Origin: Podarcis liolepis
Taxonomy: Eukaryota
DNA: 64,000 nucleotides
Reading direction: 5' to 3' (one strand)
Assembly: GCA_965112155.1 (NCBI GenBank)
Contig: OZ218117.1
The translations under genes were made by a program, and so were the position numbers. Within the stretch, counting starts at the first letter, position 1; the number at the start of each line of letters is the position of its first letter. The notes under the pieces are model-generated. The model did no database searches and was not told where the DNA came from. It was given only the letters and a program-made list of their open reading frames with translations. This document shows, piece after piece, positions 38,164 to 64,000 of the stretch.

Positions 38164-38880
38164 CGAGATTGTGATTGCTCCTGTGCGCTGAGAGGGGGGG
38201 GGGGCGTGGCGGGAAAGAGGGAAACGGGCCGGAGGGGGGAAGAAAGGGCAGAAGACGCGCCACCGCCGCCGCCGCCATGTTGGTTGGTTGAGGGCAGTGG
38301 GGCCTAGCCTGCCGTTGGGTGGCGCTAGTCTCCCTCCCTCGTGAGGTGGGCGCCTCGTTGGGGGTCCCTGCGAAGAAGGAAGGCCGGAGGGCCCCCCCCC
38401 AAATCCCCTCCGGAAGGAGCCCCAACAGTGCCTGAGGGGCCTGGCCTGGGCCTTCCTCTGCTTTTAATGATTCTCCTCCTTATTCTCCTCCTCCTCCTCC
38501 TCCTCGCGGCGTTTCCCTGCCCTGCGCGCTGCTGCTTCCAAGCTCCCTCGGGAGCAGCCCAGGGAGACTGCCTCTGGCCCAGGAGGCTCCTCGCTCGCCT
38601 GGGAGGGAGGCCAGGGCTGCGGGCGGGCGGGCGGGGGAGAAGCAGCCGCCCCTGGCGACTCCTCGGAGAGTCGCGCTCGCTCAAAGCCGGCCGCGGAGGG
38701 GAGGGCGGGGCTTGGGGCCGAGAGAGGCGGAGCAACGTCGCACGCACGCACGCTCGGATGCCGGCCGGCCGGCTCGCTCGCTCGCTCGCGCGTCGCCCGT
38801 TTCCCGGCGTGCCTCGCGCGCCCTCTGCGCTCCCCGCCGCTTCTCCCCCCCCCCGCCGGTCGCCCAGCGGAGACGACAAG

Positions 38881-54580
<15,700 letters not shown>

Positions 54581-54703
54581 CCACTCTTCCACAGTTGCAA
54601 AATATGGTTTTTGTTTAGTCTAAAATTTTGGTAATTTTAGTGTGTCCCCCCCCCTTTAAAAAAGAAATAGTACTGTAGATTGTTTTAATACTGTGCTTCA
54701 GTC

Positions 54704-54709
54704 ATTAAA
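54704..54709 (+). terminator. Candidate ZFR2 polyadenylation signal (ATTAAA)
   Basis: Variant hexamer ~125 nt after the stop, with GT-rich sequence downstream. Confidence 0.4.
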
Positions 54710-57700
54710 GGGATTCCATCATCCATAAGAGTGGTCTTGTTTCTGCAGCCTGGAGATACACTTTCCACCTTTCCAATTGCTTATCTGAAAAAAACTTTCT
54801 CGCAGCAACATGTGTCATTTTTAAAACAGCCAAACCTCTGACCATTCTCTCCCCACCCCCTTATCTTTAAAATGCATCTTGTGAAATGATGATTCAGGAA
54901 TTGCAGGCTTAAGGAATAATTGTTCATTGCTCTGCAGCCGGGTCAGAGTTGGAGGGGATACCTGGGCTGAACTGAACCAACTGGCATATCTGCCACTGGA
55001 AAACTTCAGTTGCTCCATAACATGCGGTGCAACTTGCCCCATAGTCCTGCCAGCAGCCCTTTGCTGTCTGCTTTGGGCTGGCTCCAGCTTTGAGGGGAGT
55101 CGGGTTGCTGGGCTACATCTCTACTTCCGTGGGCCCCCTGCTGTGCCAGTGGATATTCACTGATGAGCTTGGAAGGGGGGTTGCCATTTTAGTTTCCCAC
55201 AATGCTTCAGAGGGACGCCTTGTGGCAGACATTGTAGGAATTAAAATGGCCCAGACTCAGATGGGGAGAGGGAAAGGGGCCCGGGGCAGGCAGCTGTTGG
55301 GAATGGGCCCTGAGGAGCAGGACAAGGTCTGTGCCAAAGCTGCCCTTGCTCCACATGATGGGTTGGTGGCTGGGATGTCTGGGGAAGGACTGAAACCACC
55401 TCCACAGAGAGTTGCTGTTTCCTCAATCGCTTGTTACTCAACTGCAGAGAAGAATAAGGAAGTTCTTCATGAGAAATGGTTGTAGACAGAGTCAGACCAT
55501 CTAGCTCAGTATTGTCAAGTCTTAGAGGTAGTGGCGCTCCCAAACTTCTGATGGGAGTCTTTCCCAAACTTTTCTGAAGACAGGCTGTTGGCCCGTGTCG
55601 CTCATCTGCAAAGGCAGTCGTGGGTTTTAGACTTGGCTGCAGATTTCAGGGGCTGAACATGGGACTTCCTGCATGCAACCCCTGAGCACAGCACCTCCCC
55701 AGACTTGGAAAATCTAGGCCCTTCAGGCTCTGTCATTGTGCCTTGGACGCTCCGCTCCCCCAAACCACGCTGCTCCTATCCCTCCACCTGCTGGGGACCC
55801 CAAGCCAGAACTGGTAAAGCAGGTCGAAAGCTCGGGGTGGATTTAGCTCTTTGCGTATTAAATCAAAGAAATTGGTCCACTGCCTTCTTTATTGCTCTGG
55901 TTTAAATTTAAGCCAATTTGTGGGATCAGCTGATCCCATCTCATTCTGGAACAGGCACACCAGCTCTACAGAGGCATGAGAAAGAGAGGGGGGCATATGG
56001 CTTGAACCCCCCCCCCAGCCACCTCAATTTATGCCTGTGGACACAGCGCTTTCCATCCAAAACGTCCCCCCCACCAACTTCCAGTATCTGGAAAAAACAC
56101 ACGGCTAGTTTGTTTACTTAGAAGGTATTTATATACTGTCCCCTATAAAAACTTCAGGATGACATAAAGCAGCCTAAGAAAACTTTAAAAGCAATGCAGA
56201 GCAATAATTAAAATCAGTAGTGCAAGGAAATTTTAAAGAAGTGCATAGTTCAAGTGTTGCCATAAAACAGTATTCAGGGGGTGCATGGAAGTCAAAAGGA
56301 AGGATGCCGGCAGAATCTGTGACAGAAGAGAGTTTGCACAACATGGGGCCAGCAAGGCCAACTTCTGGTTGAGGTTCCCTGGGCCTCTGTGCAACACAGG
56401 CGACAGCCCTCAGCACTCCTCTGGATCAGTTTAGAGACTGAACTACAACAGAGAAACTCAGGAGCTCCTAAGGTATCCTGGGCCCAAGCCTGATTGCCTT
56501 AGTAGTCCTGGCGCCTTCGGACTAGTATTCTCCCAGTAATCCTTTCCCATGCCTAGGGATGGGAGACCTGTCGTTTTCTGCTTCTATCATTTCATAGCAT
56601 CATAGAATTGTAGAGCTGAAAGGGACTCCCAAGGGCCATCTAGACCAGGAGCTGCCTCTACTTCCCTGGTAGGAGACTGAGCTAAGGCGTTTGCTGACAA
56701 TCCTGTGGTCTCAGCCAAGCAAAGATTAGCAAATCAGTCCAGGCAGCTGTGTGTGTTCCTCTTGGAAGCAGCCTCTCCTCTCTTCCAATCCCTGTCTTGT
56801 CTCCCATCCAGACTTTCGATCCTCGATCAAGTCTTTCGACCTAATCTGTTTGTGTCTCCCTCCGAGCTGGATTCCGGCACCTTGGTAACCCCAAGGTATT
56901 CTGGCCCCTGCTCCTGTTGCAGCACATGCCGTGGAGGGAGGGGGGCGGATTCGGAAGTGGGAATCCAGCTTAGCTGATGGGAAAGACTCACGGCTATGAA
57001 GCACAAACCTTGCGGCCAGGCGAATGCTACCAATGTCCAGTTATCTAGCTGCATTCAGCAGCCGTGCAACAACAGTTCATCTTGTAGCAGTTAAGAAGAA
57101 AGGCCTCCCGTTGGTCTGTCTCCCCCCTCACCGCACCCACCCTGGTGACTTTGCATTCATTGGACAAAACACTGGGAGGCAGCCAGAGGGTTGCTTCTAT
57201 TGGACAGTTGGGTTGAATCCTGCACCTGCACTTTTCATGACATGCCCGCAAGTAACAAGGAATAGAAACATACTTGTTGATACAGTAATAATTAGCCAGA
57301 GGGTGGATGGATGGATGGATGGATGGCTACGTTTATATCTATATCTCCAAGGTGCACATGGTTCTCATCCTCTCCATTGTGATGGGAATCAGGCCAGGAG
57401 ACCCTGACCGGCCCACAGTCCCCCAGGGAGCGTCATGAGCATCTTAAAAGGTTAGTCAGAAGGGATCCAAGGGTCGTGCCGCCTGAGCCTTTACAGTGCA
57501 GGAATCACAGCAGGATTTGAAGCCTGGTTGCTCCCAGTTCCCTTTCCCACACTCTAGCCACTGCACCACACAGGCTCCTCAGGGGTCAGTTTGCCCAGAC
57601 CTGTGATTGCCTCCTGTGCAGGTGGAGACCCATCTTTTAGGGGGCACTGCTGGAAGGGCATTTCATATTTTTTTGTACTGTCCATTGTATTATATATATT

Positions 57701-60700
57701 TTTAATGTTTCAATTGCTTTTTGATGCAAAATGACTGATCAATGTAATGATAGCTAATAATGCCAAACTTTCCAGGGAAGGGGCTTGGCATTTCCCTTAG
57801 CGCAGGCCCTGCTGCGGCCATGACTCTTGCCTGTTGTCGGGGCAAGCCAGGCGTCCCCCTGACACGTTTGCTCTCCGCAGGTACCGTGAGGCTTAAAGGT
57901 AAGCGTTCGCAGGAGGTTGCCAGCTACTCAGATGGCTTAATGCCTGCCTATTTTTGTGAGGTCTAATCTGCCTGGAACTTCTGTCCCCAGCAGACTAAGC
58001 CAGCTGAACCCTTTTAAAATATACTGTGGGATTCCAGAAGAAGAGCGTGGAACTGGGCCGGAGGGAGGTGGGGGGTGGGATTTCATTCTAGACCCCTCTC
58101 CCCATGGGCAACACCCCTGCCATGTTTCTATAAAAGACTATCAACTGCTCTAAATGCAACTTGAAGGGGCAAAAATGAAGTGATGTGGAATGAATGGAGA
58201 TAAAAGCTATCAGTTTGCTGCAGTGTTTTATGGCTGAATTGCAAAGGATCAGCGTTTTCCTTCTCCCTGATGGCCTCCCTTCCCAGGCGGAAAAGCCCCA
58301 TCTACCCCCCCCCTTCCCTCTCCAGCACATGCAGAAACTGCCTTCTTGAGTGCTGGACCCACTCTTGGTCTGGTCTGCTCCATCTGCCAGAGCCTGTCTT
58401 TCATGCAGGAGAAGCCCCTCCCCCCCCCCCGAGGGTGTGAGACCCATTGGCTACACTCACCAGTGGAAGCCATTCCGGGGATTGTGGCTACTGTGGCATC
58501 CTGGCAGCTTCTAGGCGCTGCTGCAGGTGAGAGCTGAGTGCAGGTCAGGACCAGAGGTGGGCAAAACTGCCCATGTGGACGTAACTGCCCCTTCTCTCGG
58601 GGCCCAAGAGCACTTTCCTTGGTATCAACTGGGGGAAATTGGAGGGCAGGTTCTGCAAATCCCAATTTCTGGCTCACCCCTGATTTCACTGCATTTTCAG
58701 AAAATGCCAGCCCGTGCCTTAGGCTGAGTTTCTGCAAAGTAAGTGGAGGATCCTGCTCCTCCTACGCAGGGGCCCCTGGCCTCCCTTTTGCCTGCCCTTC
58801 TCTCTCTCTTCACCAAACAACCCAAGATTAAGAATCGTAATGAAACAATGAGCTGGTTAATAAGACCTGATGGGATTGATTACTGAGAATGATAACACAT
58901 TCTCACACACACCCCCAAGCCCATTTCGTCCAAAGGTCCCAAAAGCACGTCAGCAATATATTAATTAATTGACTAAGCCCAGTTAACCTCCTCACAACAC
59001 AAGCACTGCAAGGGGAGACTGCGCGACGGTTCTGGATTGCAGTGTTGCTCAGGCTCTGGGGACGATGGCCGGCTGCTGCGGTGATGGGAAAGCAGTGCAG
59101 GGGGAATTCGCACCTGCAAGACCAGCTCAACCTGCTCAGGCCTTGCAGGCTTGCTTTGGGACTCGGCCTGCACCCAGAGCAGCCGAGTGCAGGAAGCCGA
59201 GTGGAGCCAATAAGGGCACCTGTTTGCCTCTGGGGATTATTTCCGCTGTGGCCGGACTCAGCATCTGTGCCAGGAGAGGGTATGGAGCGGGGGAACTGAA
59301 CGGTGTGTGCACGTATGTGTGAGTTTGTTGGGGGTGGGCTGGGAGATCTTTGGCTCAATGCAACAATCCCACATCTTCACCATCTGACCTGCACCTCTCC
59401 AGGACACAACGGTGCCAGGACGGCCGCAGGGCTGTGCCAGCGCTTGGAGCATGCAGCTGTCACCTCCAGCTCAGCCTGGGATGTGGCGGAAATGGGGCTG
59501 GGGTGCGTGTAATCAGATTGATTTCCCAGTGTAATCTCGCGGGGCTTAGAGATAACTCAGGGAAACGGGGCATATTGTCATGTGGGAATGCCCCACGCTA
59601 GCGGCTTTGGGTTCCAGGCGCATGTCAGGAAGAAGAGCGGTACAGAGACTTCTTCCGGGTGGAGTTGGCCAGAGGTATCAAAGCTAGTTGTGTCCCCCCT
59701 TCTGATGCTACAGGCGTGGAGAGCACGATTTTGTGGCCACAGTCCTAGGCAGGCCTTCTTCAGAATGGCACAGTCCCTTCAGAACGGTGGGTGCTCTGGT
59801 CAGAGATGGGCGTGCAGAACGATGGGCTGGCTGTGGTCTTCCCGACTGTCCACTGTTGGAAGGAGGGTGCTGGGCAGAGTGGATTTCTGGTCTGATCCAG
59901 GAGCAGAGGGCAATTGGTGACTACAAGAGGGATCCACAGCAGCCTGCTGAGATCTCCTTTTTGTGTTTCAATGTTTGTCCAAGGGTGTTTTAATTGACAC
60001 AGGGATTGGTGCCATGGGTTAATTAAATGTGCGGTGTGGGGCTGACCTGAGTCTGATCTAGCAGGCTCTCCCTAGGCCCTCTCAGACATTCGGCCATCAC
60101 TAGCTCCCCCCCCCCTTTCCAGGGCATAGAATTGGAGACTTGGAAGGGACCCCAAGGGTCAGCTAGTCAGAAGAGGGGCAGCTGGCTGGCACCCCAAACG
60201 GGAGCATTCCTCGCTGCATTCCACATTTTTATGATTTCTAAATGCAGGGGCAGAAGTATTGTGGTGGCAGGACGCCTTGAAGGACTTCTGAACCCCTCTA
60301 ACTAGTTTCTTTCTCCCTGCTGCTCACCTTTCTGCCCAATAAACTGCCCCCGGGTGTTTTGGGCCCCTTCTGCATTCCACCCCACCCTGATCCAGCCTTG
60401 GCCCCATCCAGCAAAGTTCTCTTAATGAACTGAAAAGGTGCTAAGTCCTTTTAAGAGCTGGTCACGTGGCCACCTCCCCCCCCCCCCGCCATCCAGCTCT
60501 TGGCCTTAGTCCCCCCCCATCTCCCCAATCCTTTGCCCCCCCTCCAGTAAGCTGACACAGCGTCTCTAAGTGTTATCAGCTTTGGTGTCTAATAGGCTTA
60601 GTCAAGTTTAAAACTGTCATTTGAGTGAACTAAACCCCCTTGATACCCCTGCCTTGCACCTCTTTAGCCAATTTGGCTTCAATTAGGGTAATTGGGAAAC

Positions 60701-63700
60701 GAGGAAAGAAGTGTAGCATTAATATTTTAAAGTGATGAAGTGATTACAGGACCCGGCCTAGGAAGGAAATCAATTTGCTATCTGCGTCTTGGGAAGGCAA
60801 TTATCATCATTGGGCAAATAATCGCCCTCCAGCTTCTTCCTCCTCTCTGCTCAACACCCTCCTTTGACGACACCTTAAGGAGGTTAGGTGGGGGGGGGGC
60901 AAGGAGGGGGAGCCTGGCAGGGTGTGGAAAAACTAAATCCTCACACTGCTCAGGCTGGCAGAGGGCAGCTGGGTTCGCCGCTTTCCTTCCTGCCAGAAAC
61001 GGAGCCCCGAGATCCCTGGCTCCAGGACCTTTCCCCTGAGATCAACCACTGTGCTTTCTGGTCCCAATCCGCAGCAGATCCACCCCCAGGTGAAATCTGA
61101 GCAGCATTGCATCAGGGGCATTGTGAAGCACCTCACAGGCCCTGCGCCCCAGCAGAGGCCTTGCCTCACTTCCCCAGAGCTTCCTAGTGGTGCTAGCAAA
61201 GTCAGGTGCTAGTCCTCATGATTCTGAATGGGCAGGAACCTGGGAAGCCATCTTGCATCCAGCCAGACTATTCATCTGTTTCCCCCAGTATGGTCCAGTC
61301 TTCAACCTTTTCAGAACCACAACCCACTTTTAACCAAAACATGCATGGGGCAGGACATTTCTTCCTCTTTTGCCATGTGTTTGGAACCCACCTTGGGTCA
61401 GGCTGTGGATGTACCGGCTTTGGTCAGGGGAAAGGCAGCGCTGCTCAGGAGACCAGCATTTGCTGCAGGGCAACTTGCAAGCATCTTTCCAGCTCCTCCT
61501 TCCGTCTCCAGGGACACGAAGGACAGCTCCTTCCTCTCTCTTTTAACTGACTCTCAGGTTTACAATCTAAGAAGAATGACTCCAAAGTAGGTTGGGAGGG
61601 AAGAGGAAATGTGTGAACTCAGGTTTAAGTTCTTAGTTACAAGTTATTCTAATAACTTTATATCGCCTTGCAGAAAAAGTATATTGGCCAAAATTGCATC
61701 TGAAAACATTTATATATTGGGGAAATTTTTTAGGAGGACTTTACAAATTAATGAATCTCAAACCAATGCAGAAACATGGAAAAATGAATTTTAAGACTGG
61801 GAAAATGAGAATCGGAGAGAAAGGAAGGTTAATCTTCCCTGGTCGTCCTGCACATGTTGTTGGCTCCCATCACCCCCCACCCTGGTCAATGGTGTCAGCC
61901 TTATGCTGACAGACTTGGCCCTGGGGGCTCTCAAGTCCCCTCACCCCCAGAACAAGGAGGAAGCATCTAGCTTGGATTGGAGTCTCTCTTCGTTGTGACC
62001 TTAAATGCTTCCCTTTGAAAATAAAATAAAACAACGATTATTTTTAAAAGAACTTTTCTTCTTTAAAAATTGTTTTGCACGTGCATGTGTTGCAGTTGGT
62101 GAATAATAATGGCTCGTTTGCTCTCTTTCTCAGCTTTGCGGGTGGGCTGCTTATTACGCCTAAATAGTTGATTTAATTGAAATGTCATTTAATTAATGAA
62201 ATGAATTTAAAGGAGCCCGACTCCACTTGGGACAGATGGTGGAAGCTCAGGGGTGGTAAAATCAAGACCAAATTGCCTTCTGGTTGAAAGAATGCCAGCG
62301 TTGCACTTATAGGGGTGACAGCCTCCGTTGCTGGCTAAGTCGGGGGGGGGGGGCGCTGTACAAACTCGAAAGCTCTCTGTTCCCCAGCTGGACATTGGAG
62401 GGAAAGCGTGCTGGTCCCAGCAAGAACACGGAGTGGGAGAAGGAGGTGCAGTGAGCGGCATTAGAAATCATGCAGGGTTATTTCTGAACATTTTAAATCA
62501 GAACCTCTTGGACCAGACCAAAGGCCCATGAGTCCAGCGTCCTGTTCTCTCACTGGCCAAGCAGATGCCCCAATGGGACCCCCACAAGTAGGGGGCATCT
62601 AGTCCAACCCACTGCAATGCAATGCAAAGCATCCCTGACAGATGGCCACCCAACCTCTGCTTAGAAACCTCAAATATAAAATCAATATATAGTATATATT
62701 TTCATTGAGAGAGAGCTGTTGGAGAATCCAAACTAAGCCTTCGTTATTTGAGGGGGGAGTTGTTTTTTTGAAAAAGCTATTTGTGCACAGAAACACGAAG
62801 GCCCACGGCAGAGGAGCATCTTCTCGCGATACAAAAACGTTTGAATCTTTTAATCCTCCACAGGCCAAACAGCAGGGCCATTGCTGGATTTTGCTCTTCT
62901 CGCCAAAGAAAACCTGAGTTTGTGTGGGTTGTGCTTCCCTTAAAATCCATTTGAGAAACCAGCCTCTGGAAGACTTGCAGGAGACAGAGTGTGGCCAGTT
63001 TGTGTACCCTGAGCCTGCTCTGCCATATCAGTAAAGAAGGACACAAAAACAGTTTTAGAATAGGCCACAAGCTTGGTGGTTACAGATGTGAATGAGTTTA
63101 GTGTTGGGCAAATGGACCTCCTCCCCACCACTGAGGAGGCAGAGGGAGGCAGAGGCTACTACTATTCTCCCTCTGCCAAAGACCAGGAACGAACCCAGTG
63201 CCATGTCCACCAAGGTTGTGGGCAAAACCCTCAGACAGGCCCAGTTCGTCTGAGGGGACAAATTCCTCCCTGGACCCAAAAGGGGCAACCATGAAGCCCA
63301 TCGCAAGGTCCCTCCAGGAACAGACCAAGCCGTGGTGGGACAGGAGATGGCGCTGGGATGTTGCCAGGCCGCAAGCATCACATCACCAGGAAGCGGTCAG
63401 AGGATATTCGGGGGGGGGGGGACATTTCTCAGACCAAAGGGAACCTGCGAAGCTACCTTCTTATTTTTGCTGTGGGGTGCTGGAGGCCCTTTATGTAATC
63501 TTGCTATATTTACAGTGCTGCACTGAAATGTTGCCTTTTGCATGCAACTATATTTGCTCTTGTGTTGTTTTGCTGCCTTCATTTCATAATAATTAAATTG
63601 TTTTTGCAAATGTGTTTGTGTTTTCTTTGCTGTAAGCCGCTTTGAGCGTGGTGTGTGTGTGTGAAAAAGACACAGAAATACAACGAACACAATGTAACTA

Positions 63701-64000
63701 TGCTTTAAATCCTTTGCTCACAGTTTATACAAAATAGAACATTGCAAAGCTTACATTCTGAAAAGCAATCATGTTATGAGTTCTGTGAGATTCTTCACTT
63801 CCCCAGTCTAGAACGAGGCTGGGAAATCTCAGAGCCACCCCCCCCCCCTTGCCCCCAGAAGCTGCACGGAAGAGATTTTGGCCCTTACACTGAAAAAGGT
63901 CACTGGGAAACTGCATAAAAACTTGTGTATCATTTGGAGGAATTTGTACTAGAACACTCATGAATTTTCATGATGAAATAGCAATAATTGCAAACTGATG

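Overview
Chromosome end of a squamate reptile, most likely a lacertid lizard (lacertid-type Sauria SINEs). From the end inward: an N-gap, degenerate (CCCTAA)n telomeric repeats and variant repeats (522-1760); a small CpG island with splice donors on both strands (3.68-4.14 kb); a ~6.3 kb array of ~125 copies of a 50-bp unit, each resembling a CTCF site (6.03-12.38 kb); a CA/TA microsatellite and Gypsy remnants (16.4-19.1 kb); and a tandem array of ~2 kb modules (19.1-35.1 kb) interrupted by a decayed L1-clade LINE and a decayed Neptune-type Penelope element. Further copies of the same CpG-island promoter (36.9-38.3 kb) lead into a complete 19-exon ZFR2 gene on + (38881-54580, 993 aa, one GC-AG intron). 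No other protein-coding gene is recognisable. The main hypothesis is a subtelomeric regulatory system: a copy of the ZFR2-flanking promoter ~3 kb from the telomere that could drive a spliced TERRA-like RNA, backed by a unidirectional CTCF-motif array. Much of the subtelomere is built from diverged copies of one non-coding exon/intron module. Several minimal hammerhead ribozyme motifs occur in Penelope-derived sequence. All calls are by eye; no searches were run.
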